64,000 nucleotides of DNA from an uncultured Gemmatimonadales bacterium (GTDB lineage: Bacteria; Gemmatimonadota; Gemmatimonadetes; Gemmatimonadales; GWC2-71-9), in contig CAVSQW010000006.1 in assembly GCA_963730185.1 (NCBI GenBank), positions 1-64,000 of the forward strand, given 5' to 3'. Below are positions 30,465 through 39,301 of the stretch, one piece after another. The notes under the pieces were generated by a model, which ran no database searches, was not told where the DNA came from, and saw only the letters and a list, made by a program, of their open reading frames with translations. The translations under genes were made by a program, and so were the position numbers. Numbering within the stretch: position 1 is the first letter of the stretch; each line of letters begins with the position of its first letter.

Positions 30465-31503
30465 ATGCCCGTCCCCCACGAACCCACCCTAATCGTCGGC
30501 GCCGGCCCCATCGGCCTCGCCTGCGCCATCTCCGCCAAGCGCCGCGGCCTCGACCCCCTGGTCATCGACGCCGGCGCCATCGCCGACTCCATCGTCCACT
30601 ACCCCGTGGGCATGCACTTCTTCACCACCCCCGAGCGGCTCGAGATCGGCGGCCACCCGATCGTCTGCAGCGGCCCCAAGCCCACCCGCGAGGAGGCGCT
30701 GATGTACTACCGCGGCGTCGCCCGGGCGGAGGGGCTCCGGATCCGGCCCTACACCCGGCTCACCGGCCTCGCCCGCGAGGAGGGCCGACTGGTGGCCGAG
30801 CTGGCGGCCGGCCTCGGGGCGCCCGAGCCGGAGCGGCTGGCGTGTGACCAGCTGGTCCTCGCCACCGGCTACTTCGGCCACCCCAACCTGCTCGGCGTCC
30901 CGGGCGAGAGCCTGCCCCACGTCTCCCACTACCCGGGCGAGCCCCACCTCTCGGCCGGGCTCGACGTCGTGGTGGTGGGCGGCAAGAACTCGGCGGTCGA
31001 GATGGCCCTCGGCGCCTACCGGGCCGGGGCCCGCGTTACGTTAGTGCATCGCCGGTCCACCCTCAAGCCGAGCGTCAAGTACTGGCTCCGGCCCGACCTC
31101 GAGAACCGGATCAAGGCCGGCGAGATCCGGGCCCGCTGGAGCGCCACCGTCACCGAGATCGGCCCCCGGACCGTGACCATCCGGCCCGAGTCGGGCGACG
31201 CCGAGACCCTGCCCGCCGACCGGGTCTACCTCCTGACCGGCTACCACCCCGACTTCGACCTCTTCCGCCGGCTGGGCCTCGAGCTCGACCCGGAGACCGG
31301 CAAGCCGACCCACAACCCGGCCACGCTGGAGAGCAACGTGCCGGGCGTGTATCCTGGCCGGGAGCGTGACCTCGGGCAAGTTCATCTCCGAGGTGTTCAT
31401 CGAGAACGGACGGTACGACGGGGAGAAGATCTTCGGGGACGAAGCGAGCCGGGAGAGGGCGGAGGTGAGGTTTGCGGGGGTGGATCGGCCGGAGGGGGAG
31501 TGA
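30465..31503 (+). CDS. ypdA: YpdA-family putative bacillithiol disulfide reductase; frameshift near 31350
   Basis: IVGAGPIGLACA, YPVGMHFFTTPERLEIG, KPTREEALMYY, GGKNSAVE, VKYWLRPDLENRIK, TGYHPD, VFIENGR. Confidence 0.88.
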
Positions 31504-31618
31504 CGGGGAGGGACGGGGAGGGACGGGGAGGGACGGGGAGACGGCGGACGCGCTCACGCCCGCACACGCCCCTCCGCGTCCCTCCCCGTCCCTTCACGTC
31601 CCTCCCCGTCCCCTCCCC
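31502..31618. repeat. Inverted decamer tandem array (REP-like hairpin)
   Basis: About 4 copies of GGACGGGGAG, a spacer, then about 4 copies of the complement CCTCCCCGTC (variants CCTCCGCGTC, CCTTCACGTC), between convergent genes. Confidence 0.75.
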
Positions 31619-32470
31619 AGAAACGTCAGCAACGCCTCGTCGAACGCCGCCGGCTCGTCGAGGTGTACCCCGTGCCCGCCCCCGGGATCACCACCTTCTT
31701 CGCATCCGGCATCCACCGCACCAGCGAATCGCTCACCACGCCCCAGTAGGGAGCTTCCCGCTCGCCCGAGATGAAGAGGGTCGGGGAACGTCCACCCCCG
31801 CATCTGATCGACCGTGGCCTCGGGATACGCCCCCGACTCGGGATGGTCCTCCAGCAGGTCCCGCCCGTCGTAACCCGCCAGGATGGTATCGAGCCGGGCC
31901 GCGGTCGCCGCCGTCCGGTGGGCGCCCGGCATGAACCTCGGCATCGACATCACCACCCGGAAGAGCGAGTCCAGGCCGACCTGCCGGGCGAACGGCCTTG
32001 AGCATCGCGCCGTTCACGCCGGACGGATCGGGCACCGGGAAGCCCGCCGGCGGGCCGCCGCCGTAGAGCACCAGGGCGGCCACCCGATCGGGCCAGGCCG
32101 CCGCGAACCGCATCGCGACGCCCGCGCCGGCCGAGTGCCCGACCAGCACCGCGCGCCGGATGCCGAGGGTGTCGAGCAGCGCCAGGATGTCGCCCGGGTC
32201 GGCGCTCGGGTCCGCGAACCCGGTCGACTTGCCGTAGCCCCGCCGGTCCAGCGCGATGACCCGGTAGTGGGCCGAGAGGTCCCGGACCTGGTCGTCCCAC
32301 TCCCGGAGGCTCAGGGCCCAGCCGTGGATCAGCACCACGGCCGGCCCGCTGCCCGCCACCACGTAGTTGATCCGGGCGTCACCCCGATCGAGCGTCCTCG
32401 GCTGCGCGGCCGCCGGCGCGGTCGCGATCATCAAGCCCAGGCCCGTCACCCACAGAGAAACAAGACGCAT
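31594..32470 (-). CDS. Alpha/beta hydrolase with signal peptide; frameshifted
   Basis: VVLIHGW, DRRGYGKS, VGHSAG, VPTLFISGERE, GGGHGVHLDEP. Confidence 0.85.
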
Positions 32471-32567
32471 TCGGCACCCCCTGGTCCGACGGGCCAGCAC
32501 CGGCCCGTCTTCGGTAGGTTCGGCCCCGGCGCCCCGATCGGCAACCCCACCCGTCCCGCCCCTCGCA

Positions 32568-32627
32568 TTGACACCCGGGCCCGCTGGGGCAGATTCCGCT
32601 CTGACGCCTCGCCTCCTTCCGTCAGAG
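32568..32627 (+). promoter_or_regulatory. Candidate promoter and leader hairpin of the DUF2169 cassette
   Basis: Consensus TTGACA at 32568-73 with only a weak -10; CTCTGACG(32599-606)/CGTCAGAG(32620-27) inverted repeat. Confidence 0.35.
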
Positions 32628-32719
32628 GCGCCTCGCGCGCCCGTCCGATACCACCACCCGGGATGAGGGGCCATCCGTCCGGATGTCGCTCTCCCAGACA
32701 GGCAGCCTCAGGAGCCAGC

Positions 32720-33127
32720 ATGACAGTACGCCCGGCCTACGACACCCGCACCCACGGGCCGACCTCGATCTCGGAGCCGGTCGAGATCGTCCGGCCCGCC
32801 CTCCAGGGCATCGATGCCCGGCTCGACCTCCCGTCCGGCCGCACCATCGAGTGCGCCGACGCCGAGGCCGGGGGCGAGCTGGTCACGATCCGGAGCCCCG
32901 GCGGTCAAGTGGAGTTGGAGATCCGGCTCACCGACCGGGGCCCGGTGCTCCGCTTCGAGGCCGCCAGCCTCGACCTCGAGGCCGCGGGCCGGATCCGGAC
33001 CCGCTGCAAGTCCTTCGAGGTGGTGGCCGAGGACGCCGCGATCACCGCCACCCGGGGCGACGTCCAGCTCCGGGCCAACGACGACGTCCGACTCAACGGG
33101 GAGCGCGTCAAGCTGAACTGCAGCTGA
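32720..33127 (+). CDS. Small protein resembling a VgrG/gp5 C-terminal beta-helix tail (DUF6484-like)
   Basis: RBS AGGAG; short alternating beta segments (LDLEAAGRIRTRC, AITATRGDVQLRANDDVRLNGERVKLN); first gene before DUF2169 genes. Confidence 0.6.
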   Translation: MTVRPAYDTRTHGPTSISEPVEIVRPALQGIDARLDLPSGRTIECADAEAGGELVTIRSPGGQVELEIRLTDRGPVLRFEAASLDLEAAGRIRTRCKSFEVVAEDAAITATRGDVQLRANDDVRLNGERVKLNCS

Positions 33128-33142
33128 GACGCGAGACGAGCC

Positions 33143-34201
33143 ATCGAATTCCAGAACACCGTCCCCTTCGGGGCCCGCTTCCTCAATACCGTCTTCGGCG
33201 AAGACCGCTCGCTCGGCACCGTGATCGCCCGGCCGTGCTTCCGGATCGAGGACGACCGGCTGGCATTCGACGCCGAGACCGAGATGCCGATCGAGGCCGC
33301 CCCGATGGCGACGCCGTTCGGCAATCTCCCGGCCGACACGCCGTTCGTCTCGGGCGGGGTCGACGTCTTCGTGATCGGGCAGGCCCGCCCGCCGCTGGGC
33401 AACCCCGCGTCGGAGCTCCGGGTCGACGTGAGCGTCGGGAGCTCGTTCCGGCGGTCCATCCGGGTGGTGGGCGACCGGGTCTGGCGGGCCAAGGCCTCGG
33501 CCGGCGGCAAGACCACCGCCGCCCTGCTCGAGCCCACCCCGCCGGTGCCGTTCACGGCCATGCCGCTGACCTGGGACCGGGCCTTCGGCGGCAAGACCAA
33601 GATGGAAGACTACGAGTACTTCTTCCCGGCCAACCCCGAGGGCCGGGGCTTCTACGCCACGGCCGACGAGGCCCTGGGCAAGCCGCTGCCCAACCTGGAG
33701 GACCCCGAGGCGCCGATCAAGTCGGTCGAGGACCAGCCCGAGCCGGTCGGCACCGCGCCCTACCCCCAGGCCGGCTCTCTCAAGTCGCTCGCCGCGCTCG
33801 ACCTGAAGGTCGACCAGGCCAATTCCGAGAACACCCGGATCGAGCGGATCAAGCCGCTCCTCTTCAACTCGGCCTCGCCCCGGATGATCGTCCCGCCGGC
33901 CCAGAGCCCCAAACCCGGCGAGCTGGTCGAGGTGACCAACGTCCGGACCTCGGGCCCGATCCGGTTCACGATGCCCGACCTGGCCATGCACGTCCACGTC
34001 CAGCTCGAGAACCGGCAGTACGTCTTCCCGCTCCACCTCGACCAGATCGGCATTCTGGCCGAGGAGCGCCGGGTGTTCCTCTCGTTCAGGGTGGCGTTCA
34101 AGTATCGGATCGTGGCCCGCGAGCGCCGCCGGGCCACCCTCCGGCGGGGTCCGGCGCCGGCGGAGATCCCGGCCGACTACACCATCGGCTGGGGGACCTG
34201 A
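33143..34201 (+). CDS. DUF2169 family T6SS adaptor/chaperone (copy 1)
   Basis: VDVFVIGQARPP, IRVVGDRVW, PFTAMPLTWDRAFGG, NPEGRGF, LPNLEDP, FNSASP. The frame is open upstream to ATC at 33143 (xEFQNTVPF). Confidence 0.88.
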   Translation: MEFQNTVPFGARFLNTVFGEDRSLGTVIARPCFRIEDDRLAFDAETEMPIEAAPMATPFGNLPADTPFVSGGVDVFVIGQARPPLGNPASELRVDVSVGSSFRRSIRVVGDRVWRAKASAGGKTTAALLEPTPPVPFTAMPLTWDRAFGGKTKMEDYEYFFPANPEGRGFYATADEALGKPLPNLEDPEAPIKSVEDQPEPVGTAPYPQAGSLKSLAALDLKVDQANSENTRIERIKPLLFNSASPRMIVPPAQSPKPGELVEVTNVRTSGPIRFTMPDLAMHVHVQLENRQYVFPLHLDQIGILAEERRVFLSFRVAFKYRIVARERRRATLRRGPAPAEIPADYTIGWGT

Positions 34202-34203
34202 CC

Positions 34204-35469
34204 GTGACCGATCCCGCCACCGGCCCGTCCGGCTTCCCCGCCCCGCCGACCGAGCTGCCCCCGGAGCTCGGCCAGTTCGAGACCGAGCCGTCCACCCAGG
34301 AGATCATCGACGGCAAGCCCGGGGGGGTGCCCATGGTGGCCCTGGTGCTCAAGCGCACCTACCGGATCGGGTCGCGCGGGGGCTGGGAGCCCGTGGCCGA
34401 CGACGACCAGGAGGTGGTGGTCGAGGACGAGATCCCGTACGAGGAGGCCGAGCCGCCCTTCGTCTCCCCGATCTTCCACAGCGACGACACCCTCTTCCGG
34501 CCCCGGACCGACGTCGTGGTGCAGGGCTCGGCCTGGGCCCCCGGGTCGCCGGCCCAGCGGCTGACCGTCCGGTTCCGGATGGGCGACCTCAAGCGCGACA
34601 TCCTGGTGTCCGGTGCCCGGAACGTGGAGCGCGGATCGGCCCGCGAGCTCCGGTTCACCGAGCCCGAGCCGTTCGAGTCCATCCCGCTCCGCTACGACCG
34701 GGCCTACGGCGGGGTGGACCTCCGGGCCTGGATGCTGACCCGGACGCCCCTGGAGGCCGATCTCCAGCGGGTCATGCCCGGCCTGCCGCTGGCCTCGTCG
34801 TCGCCCTACCACTACCCTCGTAACCCGGCCGGAATGGGCTTCCTGATCGAGGCCGCGCCCTACGACCTGGCCGACCTCCTGGTGCCCCACCTGGAGTACG
34901 AGCACGACCCGGTCACCGCCGACCGGCTGGCGGTGGGTAGCCCGGACCGCTGGACCAGCGCGCCGCTCCCGGCCGGGATGGACTGGCAGGGCTGCGACTG
35001 GTTCCCCCGGAAGGGCTACCTCGGCCTCCACGGGCTCCCGGCCGACTTCGCGGGGCGGGTGGCCGAGCGCGACCTGGGCTGGGCGCCGGCCGACCTGCTC
35101 CAGACCGGGTCGATGCTTCAGGGCCACCAGCCCCGGGCCGAATACGGACAGGGCGCCTCGGCGGGCATGGTCACCGACCTCTCGCTCGAAACGATCCGGG
35201 CCGGCATCCCGGTCAAGCTGGTCCACCTCCACCCCGAGCGGCCCGAGCTCACCATGGAGCTCCCCCGCGACTGGCCGGTGGCCAAGCTGGGACTCGGCGG
35301 TCCCTCGATGACCGACCTGACCCCGAAGCTGAGCGCCGTCGTGATCCGCCCGGACGACTTGGAGGTGGTGATGGTCTGGTGCGCCGAGACCAGGCGGTCC
35401 AGGGAGTACACCCCGAAGCAGTACGCCGAGATGGCCACCGAGGTGGCCTGGCGGCGAGATCCGAGATAG
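34204..35469 (+). CDS. DUF2169 family T6SS adaptor/chaperone (copy 2)
   Basis: LVLKRTY, RPRTDVVVQGSAWAP, PEPFESIPLRYDRAYGG, YPRNPAGMGF, WFPRKGYLG, LVHLHPE, VVIRPDDLEVVMVW. Confidence 0.88.
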   Translation: MTDPATGPSGFPAPPTELPPELGQFETEPSTQEIIDGKPGGVPMVALVLKRTYRIGSRGGWEPVADDDQEVVVEDEIPYEEAEPPFVSPIFHSDDTLFRPRTDVVVQGSAWAPGSPAQRLTVRFRMGDLKRDILVSGARNVERGSARELRFTEPEPFESIPLRYDRAYGGVDLRAWMLTRTPLEADLQRVMPGLPLASSSPYHYPRNPAGMGFLIEAAPYDLADLLVPHLEYEHDPVTADRLAVGSPDRWTSAPLPAGMDWQGCDWFPRKGYLGLHGLPADFAGRVAERDLGWAPADLLQTGSMLQGHQPRAEYGQGASAGMVTDLSLETIRAGIPVKLVHLHPERPELTMELPRDWPVAKLGLGGPSMTDLTPKLSAVVIRPDDLEVVMVWCAETRRSREYTPKQYAEMATEVAWRRDPR

Positions 35470-35478
35470 GAGGGCACG

Positions 35479-36489
35479 ATGGGCTGGCAAGCGCTCGCGC
35501 ATCTTCGTTGGCACCCCTTCATCGGGCTCTGCTGGCACGACGGCATCATCGCCGCCGTCCCGCCGATCCCGACCCCCAAGATGCCGCACATCACCTTCAA
35601 CGTGCTGAACGGCCTCTTCCTCGGCGCCCTGCCGTCGGATTCGCCGGCCGGCATGGTGCAGGGACCGGGCGGGATTCCCTTCATGGGCCGGACCAACGAC
35701 GCGGGGTTCATCACCCCCCACGTCTCGATTCCGCCCAACAATTTCCTGCTCCCGCTCACCATTCTCTTCGGCAGCTCGGAGTCGATGCTGGGGTCGTCCA
35801 AGGTCAAGATCCAGTGCACCAACCTGATCTTCGGGGCGGACGAGTACGACATTTCGGCCTGCACCATCCCGGTCATTCCGCTGAGCACCAACTTCGGGTG
35901 CAACGACCCGCTGTTCGTGCCGCTCGACATGGTGATCTCGCCGAACACCGTGGTGGTCGAGATCACCCTGGTCGACCTGCTGAAGATGCTGGTCGACCTG
36001 ATCATCGCCGCCCTGATCGAGGGGCTGATGATGCTGGGCGGGGCGGCCCTCAAGAAGGTCTTCAAGAAGGTCAAGGCCAAGCGCTCCGCCTCGAAGCTCG
36101 CCAAGGCGTCGGGGGCGGGCGACGATGCCTACAAGGCCGCCTACAAGCACGCCGACGACGTCGACGTCGACCACGCCTTCAAGGAAGGGCTCCGGAAGCA
36201 GCGGGCCAAGGCGACCGGTGCCCCGATCCCGCCCCCCAAGCCGAACTTCAAGGCCCGGAAGGAGGCCAAGAAGGCGGGCGACGAAGCGTTCAACAAGGAG
36301 TTCCGGAAGCAGTTCCCACCGGCGAAGCCGGGCCCGGACCTCGGCGACAAGGTCGACCACGTTTTGCAGATCGGGCGGATCGGGGCGGCCCTTCGCCACA
36401 CCGCCAAGGAAGTCGTCAGCAACGTGATCGAGGGAGCGCTGGGACACGCCGCGCCCGGCGCCAACGACATCCTGGACGTCAAGAAGTAG
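35479..36489 (+). CDS. PAAR-like N-terminal domain protein with hydrophobic segment and Lys-rich C-terminal extension (putative effector)
   Basis: RBS AGGAGG; HPFIGLCWH..PPIPTPKMPH, GIPFMGRTNDAG..PH, GSSKV, GCNDP, NTVVV; then LLKMLVDLIIAALIEGLMMLGGAAL and a basic helical tail. Confidence 0.65.
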   Translation: MGWQALAHLRWHPFIGLCWHDGIIAAVPPIPTPKMPHITFNVLNGLFLGALPSDSPAGMVQGPGGIPFMGRTNDAGFITPHVSIPPNNFLLPLTILFGSSESMLGSSKVKIQCTNLIFGADEYDISACTIPVIPLSTNFGCNDPLFVPLDMVISPNTVVVEITLVDLLKMLVDLIIAALIEGLMMLGGAALKKVFKKVKAKRSASKLAKASGAGDDAYKAAYKHADDVDVDHAFKEGLRKQRAKATGAPIPPPKPNFKARKEAKKAGDEAFNKEFRKQFPPAKPGPDLGDKVDHVLQIGRIGAALRHTAKEVVSNVIEGALGHAAPGANDILDVKK

Positions 36490-36521
36490 CGGCGCCCGAC
36501 CGGCGCCCCTGGAGGCCGACA

Positions 36522-36731
36522 ATGGACAGCGAGACCTTCGACCAGCTCCCCAAGCGCGAGCAGCTTGGCATCGCCCTGAACCTGGCGGCCAGCGTCTTCG
36601 GCAAGGAGCGGGTCAAGCGCCACTACCAGCACATCGCCCCGCTGGTCGAGGACCGGGTCGGCCACGGCGCGGTCGCCGACCCGGCCCAGAACTACTGGGG
36701 CGGGGTGTGGCAGGTTTACAATGCGGACTGA
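36522..36731 (+). CDS. Small hypothetical protein (candidate immunity)
   Basis: RBS GGAGG, ATG, 69 aa, host-like codon usage, immediately after the putative effector. Confidence 0.65.
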   Translation: MDSETFDQLPKREQLGIALNLAASVFGKERVKRHYQHIAPLVEDRVGHGAVADPAQNYWGGVWQVYNAD

Positions 36732-36746
36732 CCCGCACCCGGAGAC

Positions 36747-37715
36747 TTGATGCCCGGCTCGTCCGGTCCCGACCCTCTCGCCACGATTCGCGAGCGCGCC
36801 CCCGACCACCGGGTGTTCGGGGAGCTCGGCCGCACCAGCGACGACGACGTCTGGTACCTGGCCCGGAAAGAGGGTGAGGATCCGCTGGTCGCCCTCCGGC
36901 TCTCCCGGGCCGGGGTGGACGAGTGGGGCGATCCCCGCTACGAGCTCGCCGTCGCCAACGAGCTGGGGAGCGACGTCCCCACCGATCAGGGGAACTGCGT
37001 CGCCTGCGGCGCCCCGCTCCGGAGCTTCGCCCGGTTCTGCACCCGCTGTGGCGCCGACCAGAGCAAGGGGATGCGCGAAGGGGGCTCGGACGACGAGCGG
37101 AAGGTCCTCCTCGCCGAGGTCCGGGCCGCCGCCGCCGAGGTGTACGACGTGCTGGGCGAGATGCCGCAGGCCGACGGCGGCGGGACCGTCTACTTCGCCC
37201 TCGAGCGGCAGTCCGGCGAGCTGGTCCGGCTCCGGCTCCGCGAGGGCAACGAGGGGATGGAGCTCCACGAGACGGCCGTCGCGATGCATCTGGACCAGCT
37301 GGTGACGGCCACCCGGATTCGCTCCGGCGCCTTCCCCCGCCCCAGCGTCCGGATCTCGCCACCCCTCGGCGTCACGGCCCCGCCGCCGACCGCGCCCGAG
37401 CCGGCGGCTCCCGAGCCGGGGCCCCTGCCCCCCGAGGCGGCCGCGCCTCCGCCCGAGCCGGTGAGCCCACCGAGCCCGGTTCAGCCCGCCCCCCGCCCGA
37501 GCGCCCCGCGGCCCGTCCTGCCCGATCCCGGTCCGGCCCGGCCGTCCGGCCGACCCGCTCCGCCGCTCTTCGCACCGACCAACGAGCACGTGTCGCCCCG
37601 GGTCGCGTCGCGGCAGGCACCCCGGGCGTCCGACCGCGAGCGCCAGCTCCTCTGGGCCGTGGTGGTTCTGGCGGCCATCGTCCTGATCGAGACCACCCTG
37701 CTCCTGGTTCGCTGA
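36747..37715 (+). CDS. Membrane-anchored protein with two kinase N-lobe-like repeats, double zinc ribbon and Pro-rich linker
   Basis: HRVFGELGR...VWYLAR...LVALRL; CVAC...FCTRC; YDVLGEM...GTVYFALE...LVRLRL; Pro-rich tract; C-terminal TM. No HRD or DFG. Confidence 0.7.
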   Translation: MMPGSSGPDPLATIRERAPDHRVFGELGRTSDDDVWYLARKEGEDPLVALRLSRAGVDEWGDPRYELAVANELGSDVPTDQGNCVACGAPLRSFARFCTRCGADQSKGMREGGSDDERKVLLAEVRAAAAEVYDVLGEMPQADGGGTVYFALERQSGELVRLRLREGNEGMELHETAVAMHLDQLVTATRIRSGAFPRPSVRISPPLGVTAPPPTAPEPAAPEPGPLPPEAAAPPPEPVSPPSPVQPAPRPSAPRPVLPDPGPARPSGRPAPPLFAPTNEHVSPRVASRQAPRASDRERQLLWAVVVLAAIVLIETTLLLVR

Positions 37716-37856
37716 CCCGACCGCTTCGTTCGCGGGGGGCCGGTCCACTCGCGGGGCGGGAACTTGCCCCGGGCCTCGGCCGTACGAGTAGGGGGACGCT
37801 CGTCCGACTCGCGACCCGCCCCCTCGCCCCAGCCCGATCGCTCTCTCGAGGACGCC

Positions 37857-39047
37857 ATGCCCGAGCGCCGTGATTTCCTTCGCGTCTCCCTCGCTACCGG
37901 CGGGTTGATGATCTTCGGCCGCCGCCCCCTTGACGCCCTCGGCGCTCCGGCCAACCCACCGGCGCGGATCCCCGTGATCCCCTCGGCCCCGCGCTCGCTC
38001 AACCTCCTGATCCTGGGCGGCACCGGCCTCACCGGCCCCCACCAGGTGAGCTACGCCCTGGCCCGGGGCCACCAGGTCACCGTGTTCAACCGCGGCCGCC
38101 GGAACGACCGGCTGCCGGCCGGCGTGAGGGAGCTCAAGGGCGACCGGAACCTCCACCAGGTCGAGGCCCTCAAGGGCCAGGACTGGGACGTCGTGATCGA
38201 CAACCCCACCACCCTGCCCTTCTGGGTCAAGGACGCCGCCGAGGTGCTGAAGGACCATACCGGCCAGTACGTCTTCATCTCCACCATCTCGGTCTACGAT
38301 CCGGCCGGGCAGAGCTCGATCACGGAGACCTCGCCGCAGGTCGAGCTCAAGGCGTCCGACGGCGACCCGATGGCCATCACCATGGAGCAGTTCGGGAAGA
38401 ACCTCGAGTATCTCTACGGCCGGCTCAAGACGGCCTCGGAGCGCGAGGCGACCAAGTGGTACGGCGACCGGACCACGATCATCCGCCCCGGGCTCATCGT
38501 CGGCCCGGGCGACGGGTCGTTCCGGTTTACGTACTGGCCCTGGCGGATCGAGCAGGGCGGCGAGATCCTCGCTCCCGGCGACGGGAGCGACTCGATCCAG
38601 ATCATCGACGCCCGCGATCTGGCCGAGTGGACCATCCGGATGGTCGAGAACCACACCACCGGCACCTTCAACGGCACCGGCCCCCGGGCCCCGATGACCA
38701 TGGCCGAGCAGCTCTACGGCATCCGGGGCGCGTTCGACGGCAACAAGGATCTGCGCTTCACCTGGGTGCCGTCGGACTTCCTGGCCGAGCAGAAGGTCAC
38801 GCCCTGGGGGGAAATGCCGACCTGGATCCCCAAGTCGGACCCCGAGCATGTGATCTCGAAGACCGACGTGTCCCGAGCCATCGCCGCCGGCCTGACGTTC
38901 CGACCCCTGGCCACCAGCGCGGTGGATGCGCTGGACTGGTTCCGGAAGCTGCCCGAGAACGTGCGGGAGCAGGTGAGGAAGAATGCCGGCATCGCGGAGG
39001 AGAAGGAGAAGGCCGTCCTGGCGGCCTGGCACGTGAAGGCCGGCTGA
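37857..39047 (+). CDS. NAD-dependent epimerase/dehydratase family protein, Tat-exported
   Basis: MPERRDFL; LILGGTGLTG, FISTISVY, YGRLK, RPGLIVGPGD, IDARDLAEW. Confidence 0.92.
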   Translation: MPERRDFLRVSLATGGLMIFGRRPLDALGAPANPPARIPVIPSAPRSLNLLILGGTGLTGPHQVSYALARGHQVTVFNRGRRNDRLPAGVRELKGDRNLHQVEALKGQDWDVVIDNPTTLPFWVKDAAEVLKDHTGQYVFISTISVYDPAGQSSITETSPQVELKASDGDPMAITMEQFGKNLEYLYGRLKTASEREATKWYGDRTTIIRPGLIVGPGDGSFRFTYWPWRIEQGGEILAPGDGSDSIQIIDARDLAEWTIRMVENHTTGTFNGTGPRAPMTMAEQLYGIRGAFDGNKDLRFTWVPSDFLAEQKVTPWGEMPTWIPKSDPEHVISKTDVSRAIAAGLTFRPLATSAVDALDWFRKLPENVREQVRKNAGIAEEKEKAVLAAWHVKAG

Positions 39048-39078
39048 GTCTTGCGGGGCGGGTATCGCGGGCACAGAC

Positions 39079-39278
39079 GGCAACGGCAACAGCAACAGCA
39101 TTAACCGCAGAGGGCGCCGAGAGTTCTCCGTCCTTCGCGGCCTCCGTGGTTTTTGTTGTTGCTGTTCTTCTTCTTGTTGACCGTTTCCTCCTGTTCCGCC
39201 CGGCGCGGAGATCAGTCGAGCAAGCGATCCCTCTGCGCCCTCTGCGACCTCTGCGGTTATCGCTGTTGGCCGTTGCCC
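39079..39278. repeat. REP/MITE-like nested inverted-repeat element
   Basis: GGCAACGGCAACAGC...TAACCGCAGAGG pairs with CCTCTGCGGTTA..GCTGTTGGCCGTTGCC; three tandem CTCTGCG units on the right arm. Confidence 0.7.
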
Positions 39279-39301
39279 AACCTGGCGCGATGCCTGCCAG
39301 G

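Noticed and set aside
31502..31618. Possible CRISPR array
   Set aside because: 10-bp tandem units without unique spacers; no cas genes.
32590..32720. Riboswitch in the cassette leader
   Set aside because: Only an 8-bp hairpin; no recognisable aptamer consensus.
32683..34203. N-terminal 507 aa of the 928-aa ORF
   Set aside because: Arg/Pro/Gly-rich off-frame read of two real genes; the second DUF2169 starts at GTG 34204.
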